DNA of 59,614 bases from Deltaproteobacteria bacterium (GCA_029933005.1 JAOZOY010000008.1:1-59614); one strand, 5' to 3'; shown: positions 49,968 to 59,614, counted from the stretch's first letter. Notes: a model not told the origin generated them from the sequence alone. Numbers and translations: made by a program.

Positions 49968-51117
49968 AACGATTGACCTCAGCGTAAACGGATTTTAAGG
50001 GGACACCGAATTTTCTGGCGATCCGACAACATTCTTCATACTCGGGATAGAACTCGGTTGATTCTGGTGTTTCCACCTTTTTTACCTGCATATCGCCCCA
50101 GCGCGTGGGGATGGTGATTTTTTCCCTGGGCAGAGTCCAGCGTTTTTCCCGCCGGTATCTCAGGCCGATTGCCGTTGTTTCCATGAGGATAATTTTTTTC
50201 AGTTCCCAGGCCTGTTCCGGCTCGCTGATGACCCGCAGCATAAAACCAGGCCTGCCCTTTTTCATCTGGATGGGCATGATTGCCACATCAAGGGCCTGCC
50301 GGCGAAAGAGCTGTTCGGCGAGATAAGGAAAACCCTCGGGCGACCAGTCGTCAAGATGGGTCTCGATGACCTCCACTTCCTGTACTTCATCCATCCGGGC
50401 GTTTTCGCCGATGACCAGTCGCAGCAGATTGGGACGGCCATCATTCCGTTGGTGGCTTCCCGCGCCATATCCGGTCTTAGCAATGGTCATTGGCGGAAAA
50501 TTTCCAAAAGATTCACTCAGTGCGGTGACCAGAGCGGCGCCGGTGGGGGTGACCAGTTCCTGGTCAAGATCCAGACCATACACCGGCACGTCTTTGAGAA
50601 TTTCACAAACCGCAGGCGCAGGCAGGGGCAGGTCGCCATGGGCGCATTTGACCCAGCCCCTGGTCATGGGCAGCGGCGAGCAGAAGAGATTCTCGATACC
50701 AAAATAATTCAGGCCGATTGCCGCACCGACAATGTCAATGATGGCGTCAACTCCGCCAATTTCATGAAAATGGACATCCTCGGCCGAACAGCCATGAACG
50801 CCGGCCTCGGCCCGGGCCAGGAGTTCAAAGACGTTTAGAGTCTTTTCCTTGACGGTGTCTGTCAGGCGGCTGTTTTTTATGATTTGGCGGATGGTTTTCC
50901 AGGTGCGGTGGGGCTGATGTTCACTGATTTCGATATGGCATCTGGTGGCGGCGAGACCATTGATTTTCTTTTTTTCTGTTTTGACGTCATAGTTGTCAAT
51001 GGGCAGAAGGGCCAGACCTTCAAGAAGAACGTTTTCCGGCAGGCCGCAGTCAAGCAATGCTCCTAGAAACATGTCACCGCTCACTCCGGAAAAACAGTCT
51101 GCATAGGTAATTTTCAT
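49942..51117 (-). CDS. larC: Nickel pincer cofactor biosynthesis protein LarC
   Basis: DCFSGVSGDMFLGAL, VHFHEIG, AHG.LP.PAPA, TPTGAAL, MKKGRPG, ETTAIG, PEYEE. Confidence 0.92.
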   Translation of the reverse strand: MKITYADCFSGVSGDMFLGALLDCGLPENVLLEGLALLPIDNYDVKTEKKKINGLAATRCHIEISEHQPHRTWKTIRQIIKNSRLTDTVKEKTLNVFELLARAEAGVHGCSAEDVHFHEIGGVDAIIDIVGAAIGLNYFGIENLFCSPLPMTRGWVKCAHGDLPLPAPAVCEILKDVPVYGLDLDQELVTPTGAALVTALSESFGNFPPMTIAKTGYGAGSHQRNDGRPNLLRLVIGENARMDEVQEVEVIETHLDDWSPEGFPYLAEQLFRRQALDVAIMPIQMKKGRPGFMLRVISEPEQAWELKKIILMETTAIGLRYRREKRWTLPREKITIPTRWGDMQVKKVETPESTEFYPEYEECCRIARKFGVPLKSVYAEVNRYDATKSTR

Positions 51118-51182
51118 TTTTTTGGAGAGTGTTTTTGTTAGAGAGATGACAGATTTATATGGATATCATGTTGTGTCAATTT

Positions 51183-51245
51183 TCTCACAGAGATACAGAG
51201 TTATTCATTCATTTTTTTCTCCGTGAACTCTGCGGCTCTGTGAGA
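51183..51245. repeat. CACAGAG/CTCTGTG hairpin repeat
   Basis: tctcacagagatacagag...ctccgtgaactctgcggctctgtgaga. Confidence 0.8.
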
Positions 51246-51251
51246 GATAAA

Positions 51252-51405
51252 GTAAATATTCGGGTTGTGTGAAAAAGTTTCGAAAAACTCGGTCTGTAAA
51301 TGTTTGGATAGTGCCCCAAGTTCGTTCAAGTCGCCTTGCGAGCAATATTAGTCATATGTGAATAAGACGAATCGGACGAAATTGGGGTGCTAGCCGAATA
51401 TTTAC
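51252..51405. mobile_element. Non-autonomous GTAA-end element, subfamily C
   Basis: 12-bp TIR gtaaatattcgg / ccgaatatttac; internal gtaaatgtttgg at 51296; 8-bp TSD gagataaa (51244-51251, 51406-51413). Confidence 0.9.
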
Positions 51406-51440
51406 GAGATAAATTTCAAATATTAAGTCAGCATGGTGAC

Positions 51441-52382
51441 TTAACCAAAAATTAAACCCGTCTCCATGGGCCGGCCGCGGAGAAAAGCATCCGCACTCAT
51501 CCTTTTTGCCCCTTCAATCTGCAGTTCCTCCACCAGCAGAAAATTACGGCCGCAGTTAATGAGAAGACCGTTTTTGTCGGCCCGGCAGAGTGTGCCGGGG
51601 GATTCCGTGGAATCACCGCTGATCACTTGGGGCCGGAAGAATCGCAGCCATTTATTTTGATACATCGTATAGGCGGAGGGCCAGGGGTCAAGCCCCCGGA
51701 TCAGGCAGCTGATTTCTGAGGCGGATTTTTTCCAGTCGATTACGCCGTCTTTTTTGGAAAGAGGGGGGGCTGGAGTAGCCAGGGAATCATCCTGCTTCTG
51801 CGGCGAAAGCTGGTTCTGTCGGAGAAGATCAAGAGCCCGGCAAAGTGTGATACCACCCTGGGTTGCCATTTTTTCGGCCAGGCTGCCGGCCGTGTCTTTC
51901 GGGGAAATTTTAAGTGTGGCTGTTAACAGCATATCGCCGGTGTCCATGCCTTCATCCATCTGCATGATGGTCACCCCGGTTTCATTTTCACCTCGGATAA
52001 CTGCCCACTGGATGGGGGCGGCCCCCCGGTATTTCGGCAGCAGGGAGCCATGGACATTAATGGTGCCAAGTGGCGGCAGGTTCAGGATATAGCCGGGCAG
52101 GATGCGGCCATAGGCCGTGACAATGATGAGGTCAGGGGCAAGCTTTTGAAGTGTCTCGAGAAAGGAATCGGTTTTTATTTTTGTCGGCTGCAGGACAGGA
52201 ATATTTACGCTTTCGGCCAGGATTTTCACCGGAGGCGGGGTCAGCTTGCGTCCCCGCCCCTTGGGTCTGTCGGGCTGGGTGATGACGGTGACAATGTTTT
52301 CGCCATGGTCGATCAGGACCTGGAGGGTGGGCACGGCAAAGGCCGGGGTTCCCATGAAGATAATGCGATTTATTTCTGCCAT
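51441..52382 (-). CDS. fmt: Methionyl-tRNA formyltransferase
   Basis: IFMGTPAFA, TQPDRPKGRG, NVHGSLLPKYRGAAPIQ, MDTGD. Confidence 0.96.
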   Translation of the reverse strand: MAEINRIIFMGTPAFAVPTLQVLIDHGENIVTVITQPDRPKGRGRKLTPPPVKILAESVNIPVLQPTKIKTDSFLETLQKLAPDLIIVTAYGRILPGYILNLPPLGTINVHGSLLPKYRGAAPIQWAVIRGENETGVTIMQMDEGMDTGDMLLTATLKISPKDTAGSLAEKMATQGGITLCRALDLLRQNQLSPQKQDDSLATPAPPLSKKDGVIDWKKSASEISCLIRGLDPWPSAYTMYQNKWLRFFRPQVISGDSTESPGTLCRADKNGLLINCGRNFLLVEELQIEGAKRMSADAFLRGRPMETGLIFG

Positions 52383-52392
52383 GGTATCTGCC

Positions 52393-52914
52393 TCACGCCG
52401 CCTTTTGCGCTTCTTTACGGAGTTGTTTTTTTCTTTTTTTCTTGTAGAGGGCTCGCTTCAGGGAGCTGATCTTATCGATAAAAAGAACTCCGTTGAGATG
52501 GTCGACCTCGTGCTGGATCACCCGGGCAAACCACTCGTCCGCCTCGAATTCATTTATGTTTCCCTCCATGTCCTGGGCTCGGACAGAGATATGGGAGAAT
52601 CTTTTAACTTTGGCCTCAAAATCGACAACGCTTAAACAGCCTTCTGTATCGGTCCGGCTGCCTTTGCCGCTCAAAATTTCAGGATTAATCAGCACCATGA
52701 GTTGATGTTCCTCTTCCTTGTCACTGTTGTCCATCACCACAACCTGTTTTGATACACCGATCTGGGGGGCGGCCAGGCCAATACCGGGAGCATCGTACAT
52801 GGTTTGCGCCATATCTTTGACCAGTTGTTGCAGTTCTTCGCCGAACTCGGTGACAGGCTCGGCTTTTTTTCTCAGCACCGGATCCGGGTATGTGTAAATT
52901 TCGCGTAGGGACAT
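52393..52914 (-). CDS. def: Peptide deformylase
   Basis: GIGLAAPQIG, EGCLS, QHEVDHLNG. Confidence 0.97.
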   Translation of the reverse strand: MSLREIYTYPDPVLRKKAEPVTEFGEELQQLVKDMAQTMYDAPGIGLAAPQIGVSKQVVVMDNSDKEEEHQLMVLINPEILSGKGSRTDTEGCLSVVDFEAKVKRFSHISVRAQDMEGNINEFEADEWFARVIQHEVDHLNGVLFIDKISSLKRALYKKKRKKQLRKEAQKAA

Positions 52915-53048
52915 ATTGATTTGATCAGGGTTATTGTTATTTTTTTATTAAATTGATTCTCTAAGATATTTACAATAATGCCTGGGAAGATATATTTCAA
53001 ATTTTTTATGGCAAATCAAGCATTGATGATCTCTCATAAGATAAAATA

Positions 53049-53076
53049 TCCTGACTCCTGACTCCTGACTCCTGAT
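53049..53076. repeat. Heptamer tandem repeat (TCCTGAC)x4
   Basis: tcctgac tcctgac tcctgac tcctgat, abutting the priA stop codon. Confidence 0.9.
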
Positions 53077-55500
53077 TCACATCATGCTTTCCGGATCAAC
53101 ATCAATGAAGAGTTTCACCTTGCCCGACCGGATCGCCCCTTGTGGATTTCCCTGGAGATAGGCGGCAACCCGGTGCAAACCGCTGAGATTCGTCCCTTTT
53201 AAAAGCAGCTGCCAGCGGTAACGGTTGCGCAGGCGGGAAAGCGGGGCCGGGGCCGGTCCAAGCAGGGTAACTGAATTTTTTTTGCTTACTGTCCGGGCAA
53301 TCTTTGCGATTTGCTGGGCCGCTTTCTGGACCTGATGTTCGTTTTCGCCGCTGAACCGCAGATTGATCAGACGGGTGAAAGGCGGGAATTGCAGTGAAGC
53401 ACGAATCCCGAGTTCTTTTTCAAAAAAAGCGTTGTAATCATGCTCCCTTGCCGTGGTGATGCTGTAATGGTCAGGTTGATTGGTCTGAATGATGACCCGG
53501 CCCGGTTTCTCGCCGCGTCCGGCCCGGCCCGTGACCTGGGAGAGGAGCTGAAAGGTCCGCTCTCCGGCCCTGAAATCAGGCATGCCCAGTCCTGCGTCGG
53601 CCCAGATAATGCCCACCAGGGTCATATTGGGAAAATGATAGCCCTTGGTAATCATTTGGGTGCCGATGAGAATATCAATTTTATTCCGGTAGACTTTCTT
53701 AAGGATACGCAGGTAGCTTGTCCGCTGAACCGTTGTATCCCGGTCGAGCCGGGCAATACGGGCCTTGGGGAAACGGCTTTGTAATTCCATTTCCACCCGT
53801 TCGGTGCCGAAACCAACTTCTCTCACCCGACTAGAGCCGCAATGGGAACAGATAATGGCGCTTTTCGTGGTGTAGCCGCAATAGTGACAGGCCAGGATTC
53901 CGGCTTTTTTATGCAGGGTCAGACTGATGTGGCAATGACGGCACTGGACGCTGTTGCCGCAGTCCTGGCAGATCATCAGGTTGGCGAATCCCCGGCGGTT
54001 AAGAAAGATAATGGATTGCTCCTGCGCGTCCAGATTGTGGCGCAGGGCCTGGATGAGTTCCGGAGAAAACAGAGGCGGTTTGTTGCCGACCTTGGGAATT
54101 TTGCGAAGATCAACAATCTTCACCTTTGGCAGAGGCCGCTCCATGATACGTTGACTCAGGCTGAGAAGAGCGTATTTGTTTTGTTGAACATTCTGAAAGC
54201 TTGCCAGCGACGGGGTGGCCGAACCGAGCAGAACAGGACAGCCTTGCTGGCTGCCCCGCAGGATGGCCAGGTCGCGGGCCTGATAGCGCAGGAAGTCTTC
54301 CTGCTTGTAGGCGGAATCATGTTCTTCATCCACAATAATGATGCCCGGGTTTGCCAGAGGGGCAAAGACGGCTGAACGGGCGCCGATGACGATTCTGGCC
54401 TGGCCCCGTATGATCCGCTGCCACTGGTCAAAACGCTGGCCCCTGGACAGGCCGCTGTGCAGCACCGCGACTTCATCGCCGAAACGTGAGAAAAAATGGC
54501 CTTCCAGCTGTGTCGCCAAAGCGATTTCCGGCACCAGGATCAGTACGGACCTGGAAAGATCCAGAGCTGCCTCGGCGGCCCGCAGGTAGACCTCGGTCTT
54601 GCCGCTGCTGGTGACGCCGTGGAGCAGGAAGGGTTTGAATTTTTTTTCTTTGACCGCCGGGATGAGTTGGGCAAGGGCCTGTTGCTGTTCTTCAGTCAAT
54701 GTTTCCGGTTTTTCAAAAACAGGGGGACGTTCGCCAAAGGGATCACGGTAGATCTCTTTTTCCGTGAAGGAGATGATTTTTTTCTCTGCAAGTCCTTTTA
54801 AAGCCCGGCCCGCGCCTTTATAAATTTTTGTGAGTTCTCTTCTGGGAACAGTTTGTTCGTCCGTAGAGATCAAATCGGAGAAAAGATCAAGGGTTTTTTG
54901 CTCGGATGGCTTGAGCTTTGCTTCGGAAGGCCCCTTGTTGATCAGGGTCACGCAGGTCTCAAGTTTTGGTTTGCTTGTGGAGGCAATGATCAACTGCTTG
55001 ATATGGATAAAGCCCGCCTTTTCCCATTTAAGAAGAAGCCGTTTATCATGAACTTTTCTGATTTTACGAACCATTGCCGGGGAGAGTCTTTTATGGGTCA
55101 GCAATTCGCTGAGCCATGTTGTCTCATGGCTCTCTTCAGCAAGTTCCTTGTGCCCTGCTTCGGTGAGAATGACCTCCCGACCACTTTGGCTGGTGAGACC
55201 GCCGGGCAGTCCGCCTTTAATCACCTCTCCAATGGGATAATGATAATAATCGGCAATCCAGCGATAAAAGGGAATGAGGCTTTTAGGGAAAATCGGTGTT
55301 TGGTCGAGAATATCGGTGATGGGCCTGATTTTTATATTCGCCGGGATTTGATCAGTCTGTCTCAGTAGATACCCGGTGACCTGCCGTGCGCCTAAAGGAA
55401 CCAGCAGACGCTGACCCGGCGTAAGTTTTTGTTCTCCGTCAAAAGAATAAGTAAGCGTCCAGCTGACAGGCGCGCCGACCGCTACCTCTAAGAAGATCAT
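53077..55500 (-). CDS. priA: Primosomal protein N' (PriA)
   Basis: GVTSSGKTEVY, VPEIAL, DEEHD, SATPS, LNRRG, four CxxC motifs, QVTGRAGR. Confidence 0.96.
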   Translation of the reverse strand: MIFLEVAVGAPVSWTLTYSFDGEQKLTPGQRLLVPLGARQVTGYLLRQTDQIPANIKIRPITDILDQTPIFPKSLIPFYRWIADYYHYPIGEVIKGGLPGGLTSQSGREVILTEAGHKELAEESHETTWLSELLTHKRLSPAMVRKIRKVHDKRLLLKWEKAGFIHIKQLIIASTSKPKLETCVTLINKGPSEAKLKPSEQKTLDLFSDLISTDEQTVPRRELTKIYKGAGRALKGLAEKKIISFTEKEIYRDPFGERPPVFEKPETLTEEQQQALAQLIPAVKEKKFKPFLLHGVTSSGKTEVYLRAAEAALDLSRSVLILVPEIALATQLEGHFFSRFGDEVAVLHSGLSRGQRFDQWQRIIRGQARIVIGARSAVFAPLANPGIIIVDEEHDSAYKQEDFLRYQARDLAILRGSQQGCPVLLGSATPSLASFQNVQQNKYALLSLSQRIMERPLPKVKIVDLRKIPKVGNKPPLFSPELIQALRHNLDAQEQSIIFLNRRGFANLMICQDCGNSVQCRHCHISLTLHKKAGILACHYCGYTTKSAIICSHCGSSRVREVGFGTERVEMELQSRFPKARIARLDRDTTVQRTSYLRILKKVYRNKIDILIGTQMITKGYHFPNMTLVGIIWADAGLGMPDFRAGERTFQLLSQVTGRAGRGEKPGRVIIQTNQPDHYSITTAREHDYNAFFEKELGIRASLQFPPFTRLINLRFSGENEHQVQKAAQQIAKIARTVSKKNSVTLLGPAPAPLSRLRNRYRWQLLLKGTNLSGLHRVAAYLQGNPQGAIRSGKVKLFIDVDPESMM

Positions 55501-55512
55501 GGGGAGGAGGAT

Positions 55513-56382
55513 TTAAAGCTGACCAGCCATTTCTTTGAGATAATCGCTGAAATCTTCACAGATATCCGGATGGCGGAGGGCAAAGGCAATGATGGCCTTG
55601 AGGTAACCGATCTTGTCCCCGGCATCAAAACGGGTGCCGTCGAATTCATAGGCGTACATACCGCGTTTATTGGAGAGGGCCAGCAAAGCGTCGGTAAGCT
55701 GGATTTCGCCTCCATGACCCGGAGTTGTTTTTTCCAGAATGTCAAAGATGTCAGGCTGGAGGATATAGCGGCCGATGATAGCCATGTCCGACATGGTGGT
55801 GCCGGGCGCCGGTTTTTCTACCATTCGGTCAATTTTAATCACCCGCTCTTTTATATTTTTACCCTCGACGATTCCGTATTGATACGTCTGTTCCATGGGC
55901 ACCTGCTGGACGGCGACAATGGATTCCTGAACCTCGTTAAAGAGGTCGATCATCTGTTTGCAGCAAGGCTTCTCGCTTAAGACAAGGTCATCGCCGAGTA
56001 GAACCAGGAAGGGCTCATTGCCCACCACGTTCCTGGCCATCCAGATGGCATGGCCCAGGCCCAGGGGCTTTTTCTGCCGTACCGAGACGACATCAATGAG
56101 ATTTGAGATATGCCTCATCTCTTCGGCGAGTCTGGTTTTTTTTTTTTCGGTCAGGGCGCGATCAAGATGAAAATTGTAGTCAAAATGGTTTTCAATGGCT
56201 GACTTGCCTTCACTGGTGATCAGAATAACCTGATCAATGCCCGAGGCCACGACCTCCTCGACAATGTACTGGATGGTTGGTCGGTCGACAATAGTCAGCA
56301 TTTCTTTGGGAATGGCCTTGCTGGCCGGTAGAAAACGAGTACCAAGTCCGGCGACGGGAATAACAGCTTTACGAATTTTCAT
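55513..56382 (-). CDS. galU: UTP-glucose-1-phosphate uridylyltransferase
   Basis: KAVIPVAGLGTRFLPASKAIPKEML, PLGLGHA, VEKP, GEIQLTDA. Confidence 0.96.
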   Translation of the reverse strand: MKIRKAVIPVAGLGTRFLPASKAIPKEMLTIVDRPTIQYIVEEVVASGIDQVILITSEGKSAIENHFDYNFHLDRALTEKKKTRLAEEMRHISNLIDVVSVRQKKPLGLGHAIWMARNVVGNEPFLVLLGDDLVLSEKPCCKQMIDLFNEVQESIVAVQQVPMEQTYQYGIVEGKNIKERVIKIDRMVEKPAPGTTMSDMAIIGRYILQPDIFDILEKTTPGHGGEIQLTDALLALSNKRGMYAYEFDGTRFDAGDKIGYLKAIIAFALRHPDICEDFSDYLKEMAGQL

Positions 56383-56508
56383 TGCAATCTCTTTGTCGTA
56401 TCATTTGAGGAAAAAATGTGATAAGTGTTGATAATTATCCAGTATTTTATGAGAATTGTCAATGATGATAATGGAAGTTTTGTGAAATCTAAATTTTGCA
56501 AGCGTCAT

Positions 56509-56589
56509 GGGTGCTGTAGCTTTCCGAAATAAGGCGTGGCGCTATAGTAACCTATGTGATGCGTTTTATTTCGAGAAGATACAGTGCCC
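56509..56589. repeat. Long imperfect hairpin next to the subfamily C element
   Basis: gggtgctgtagctttccgaaataaggcg...cgttttatttcgagaagatacagtgccc; apex gctatag-taac-ctatg resembles the 46730 cargo apex. Confidence 0.55.
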
Positions 56590-56628
56590 GGGGTGCTCCC
56601 GAAGGGTAGTGAATTTCAAAAATTTATT

Positions 56629-56781
56629 GTAAATATTCGGCTTGTGTGAAAAAGTTTCAAAAAACTCGGCCTGTAAATGTTTGGATAGTGCCCAAGTTCG
56701 TTCAAGTCGCCTTGCGAGCTATATTAGTCATATGTGAGTAAGGCGAATCGGACGAAATTTGGGTGCTAGCCGAATATTTAC
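56629..56781. mobile_element. Non-autonomous GTAA-end element, subfamily C
   Basis: About 8 differences from 51252-51405; 8-bp TSD aatttatt (56621-56628, 56782-56789). Confidence 0.9.
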
Positions 56782-56822
56782 AATTTATTATGCAACATTT
56801 AGGTGATATTGGAAGGATATAG

Positions 56823-57863
56823 ATGCATCCCCTGGAAAAAGAAACTGAAAAGATTATCAGGACTAATGAATTGTTCCTGGCCGATGAGACTGTTGTTGTG
56901 GCGGTTTCCGGCGGACCGGATTCCGTAGCCCTGCTCCATGTCCTGTCCCGCCTGTCTCGGGAGCTGGAGCTGAAACTGGTGACGGTCTATGTTGATCATG
57001 GTCTGCGTCCTGCTGAAACGGTTCACGAGGCGGAGCTGGTTCGGTCCCAGGCCCAGCTGTTACAGATCCCCTGCCGGGTCGGCCGGGTTGATGTTCATGC
57101 TCTTGTCCGGCTAAAAAAGCTGTCAGAAGAACATGCCGCCCGGATATTGCGCTATGATTTTCTGGAAAAAAGAGCCGAAGAACTGGACGCCGCAAAAATT
57201 GCCCTGGCCCATACCGCTGATGATCAGGCCGAAGAGGTGCTGCTGCGCCTGATCAGGGGAAGTGGTCGTACTGGCCTTTCCGGCATGAAAATGATCCGCA
57301 GCAACAGGTTTGTCAGACCTTTTCTGGGAACTCCTAAATCCCGGCTGTTGAAATATCTGGCGGACAAAAAGATCCCCTTTCTGGAAGACAGTTCAAATCT
57401 TGAGCGTGTTTATCTGCGTAACCGGGTCAGGCTGGATCTGCTCCCGCAACTGGAAAAGTACAATCCCAATATTTGTCAGACACTGAGACAGACAGCCCGG
57501 ATTCTCGGCGATGAAGAAGATCTGCTGGCTGGTCTGGCCGAAGCGGCCTGGACTGATGTTGTACAGAGTCTCTCCGAGGAAAAGACTGGGCAACCTTCCG
57601 GGCTGAGGCTGGATATCAACCGTTTTCTCAATTTGCACCGGGCCATTCAACGGCGCGTGGTTGAAATGATATTTATTGAAATGGGTGTTTTGACGTCATT
57701 TAAAAAAATTGAACAGGTCCTTTATCTGGCCGAATCCGGACAGGGTGGCGGGATGCTTCATTTTAGCCGGGGGCTACGGGTTGTAAAAAAAAGAAAAGAA
57801 CTTCTTTTTTTCTATCCCCAGGGGAGGGTGGCGAAACGCGGCAATCTTTTTGAGCAAAAATAA
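56823..57863 (+). CDS. tilS: tRNA(Ile)-lysidine synthase (short form)
   Basis: VAVSGGPDS, DHGLR, ARILRY, AHTADDQAE, RPFL, EDSSN, RNRVR. Confidence 0.93.
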   Translation: MHPLEKETEKIIRTNELFLADETVVVAVSGGPDSVALLHVLSRLSRELELKLVTVYVDHGLRPAETVHEAELVRSQAQLLQIPCRVGRVDVHALVRLKKLSEEHAARILRYDFLEKRAEELDAAKIALAHTADDQAEEVLLRLIRGSGRTGLSGMKMIRSNRFVRPFLGTPKSRLLKYLADKKIPFLEDSSNLERVYLRNRVRLDLLPQLEKYNPNICQTLRQTARILGDEEDLLAGLAEAAWTDVVQSLSEEKTGQPSGLRLDINRFLNLHRAIQRRVVEMIFIEMGVLTSFKKIEQVLYLAESGQGGGMLHFSRGLRVVKKRKELLFFYPQGRVAKRGNLFEQK

Positions 57864-57925
57864 TCGGCGGGAATATCTTTACGCTGATTTTGATTCGTGG
57901 TAATTTAATTGACTTAAGTACATGT

Positions 57926-58002
57926 GGGCGGGTAGCTCAGCTGGATAGAGTGTTGGCCTCCGAAGCCAAAGGCCGCGGGTTCGAATCCCGCCTCGCCCAC
58001 CA
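57926..58002 (+). tRNA. tRNA-Arg(CCG)
   Basis: gggcggg tagctcagctggatagag; anticodon arm ttggc-ctCCGaa-gccaa; gttcgaatc T-loop; encoded CCA. Confidence 0.95.
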
Positions 58003-58012
58003 TAGTAAAATC

Positions 58013-58049
58013 AAAGGAAATCAACTGAATAAGGTTGATTTCCTTTTTT
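58013..58049 (+). terminator. Rho-independent terminator after the tRNA
   Basis: aaaggaaatcaac-tgaataag-gttgatttcctttttt. Confidence 0.8.
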
Positions 58050-58400
58050 ATTTTTGTGGTGCTTGTGGCCTTTTCCGCATCAACTCCGGGGACATTTACT
58101 TCATTTTTTTATCCTGATTTAGCTTCTTTTTTATTATTCCGGCGATGTCGTCGCTTGATTACAATGTAACTGACAATTGTGACGATCTTTTTTTTGTTGG
58201 TGTAAACAATTTTCTTTGCTGTCTCCCGGCTCCATTGAACAGGCATCCTTTTGCAAATTAAGCAATAGATGCAAAAGAAGCGAACCCGGGGAAAAACAAG
58301 AGTTTAATCTTGTTAAATCATATAAGGGTTGAGTTAATGGCTGAGACTTGTAATATTGAGCTTTAGTGGTTTATTATTTAACGAGATCCTGGAGATAGAT

Positions 58401-58589
58401 ATGAGTGAAAATAAAATAGAGAAAAGAAAACCTGACCCGCAGAAAATGGCGGTTCTGCGTAGTCTGCCTGTGGAGATCAAACAGTCCCTCACCGGTGAAG
58501 AGGTGAATTGCTTTCTGTATGAGGAGAGTTGCCCTGAATCTCTTTGGGAAAAGTTGAAAGACTATGTGCAAGTGGACAATAAAGGGTGA
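58401..58589 (+). CDS. Small hypothetical protein (62 aa)
   Basis: GGAG RBS, ATG 58401, helical composition, directly upstream of prs. Confidence 0.6.
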   Translation: MSENKIEKRKPDPQKMAVLRSLPVEIKQSLTGEEVNCFLYEESCPESLWEKLKDYVQVDNKG

Positions 58590-58618
58590 AATGGGGATCT
58601 GGAGAAAGGGGTGACCGC

Positions 58619-59539
58619 ATGACGGACAAGGAAAATATTGTTCTTTTCGCTAATGAGTCGTCTGTTCATCTTGGCAGGCGGGTGGCGGCGGAGTTGAATG
58701 TTTCTTTTATAGAGATGGTGAAGAAGCATTTTGCCGATGGTGAGATTTATCATGCCTTCCCCGAGGCGTTGACCGGCAAGGATGTGATTTTGATCGGCGC
58801 CACCCACAATGATTCATCGCACCAGGAATTGCTGGATCTGATTGACGGCTGCCATCATGGCCGGGCCAGGTCCGTTAATGTCGTGGTGCCCTATCTTGGT
58901 TATTCCACCATGGAACGAGCTAGGCATGGAATGCATGAGATTCCCAAAGGGATTACCCGGACCCGGCAGATTTTCAGGTCCCGGCCGGATCTGGTCGCCT
59001 TTATTGACCTGCATTCCGAATCGGTTCTCCATGCCCATAGTGGTCATGTCCACACAATTCATATTCGTAGCAATGATTTGATTGTCCGGAAAATACAGGA
59101 GATGGGCTTAAAGGATTATGTCCTTGTTTCGCCTGATTATGGCCGCAGTAAATGGGTGGCGAATTTGGCCGGGCAACTTGGTTCTCCGCATACGGCAGCG
59201 GACAAGGACCGATTCGCCATGGACAGAACCATGGTGGGCCAGGTTGCCAGCGTTGTAAAGGGAAAGACCGTGATCATCTGTGATGACATGATTCGGACCG
59301 GCGGTTCCATGATCCAGACGGCCCAGCGCTGCCGGGAGGCCGGGGCGGTGGATACCATGCTTTTCGCGACTCATCTGGTATTGGCGGGCAACGCCCATGA
59401 CAGGTTTAAGGAAAACGGTATTAACCGGATTATCGGCGCCGATACCTTCCCCGGAACCAGAAGCGATGATTTGCTGGATGTGTACTCGGTTGCTCCACTT
59501 GTAGCGGATGTCGTGGCAAAGTATCTTAAAATAGACTAA
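58619..59539 (+). CDS. prs: Ribose-phosphate pyrophosphokinase family protein (divergent)
   Basis: FADGE, VVPYLGY, IDLHS, VSPDYG, DDMIRTGGS, ATH. Confidence 0.85.
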   Translation: MTDKENIVLFANESSVHLGRRVAAELNVSFIEMVKKHFADGEIYHAFPEALTGKDVILIGATHNDSSHQELLDLIDGCHHGRARSVNVVVPYLGYSTMERARHGMHEIPKGITRTRQIFRSRPDLVAFIDLHSESVLHAHSGHVHTIHIRSNDLIVRKIQEMGLKDYVLVSPDYGRSKWVANLAGQLGSPHTAADKDRFAMDRTMVGQVASVVKGKTVIICDDMIRTGGSMIQTAQRCREAGAVDTMLFATHLVLAGNAHDRFKENGINRIIGADTFPGTRSDDLLDVYSVAPLVADVVAKYLKID

Positions 59540-59549
59540 CCTGATACTC

Positions 59550-59614
59550 GTAACCGTTTACCAGCACCTCATCTTCGCCCGTTTGAGCCTTGTCGCATAG
59601 AGGGGCTATAGCGC
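59550..59614. mobile_element. GTAA-end element, subfamily B, cut by the window end
   Basis: 4 differences over 65 bp from 46730-46794. Confidence 0.85.

Noticed and set aside
49942-51117. Complete nickel-pincer (lar) operon
   Set aside because: Only larC is present; no larA or larB adjacent, and the PP-loop gene 28 kb away cannot be called larE.
58240-58256. Sigma-54 promoter aggcatccttttgca
   Set aside because: GG-to-GC spacing is 9 nt, not the required 10.
57926-58400. tRNA-Arg as integration site of an island or prophage
   Set aside because: No integrase and no duplicated tRNA 3' end seen in the window.

Overview
A 59.6-kb chromosomal segment that, by inference from gene content, comes from an anaerobic Desulfobacterota-type bacterium (probably Desulfobulbia-like). 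0-18.7 kb is an anion-transport, stress and signalling block: ArsB/NhaD-type, SLC13/DASS-TrkA-C and SulP-STAS transporters, four USP-type proteins, three histidine kinase-type genes, three response regulators, a TetR, and a readable sigma-54 promoter with IHF site and enhancer palindromes. 19-25 kb holds an orphan ParB-like gene and a putative RibD-C reductase / PP-loop CxxC enzyme / FolE2-MptA / CCA-HD operon. The rest is mostly housekeeping (rlmE, yebC, ruvCAB, panB, pomAB-like stator, split fumarase, purH-like, pyrG-kdsA-kdsC-lptC, pyrF, pgpA, larC, fmt-def-priA-galU, tilS, tRNA-Arg(CCG), prs). It also carries a K+ channel-RCK-receiver fusion and a nonaheme lipoprotein cytochrome. No transposase, integrase or CRISPR array is visible. 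The intergenic DNA is nevertheless full of small elements. The most striking is a family with 12-bp GTAA-N3-TT ends, 8-bp target-site duplications (six copies checked by eye), a third end-motif fixed 43-45 bp from one end, and interchangeable hairpin cargo. These elements insert exactly at gene junctions. All calls come from motif reading by eye; no database search was run.
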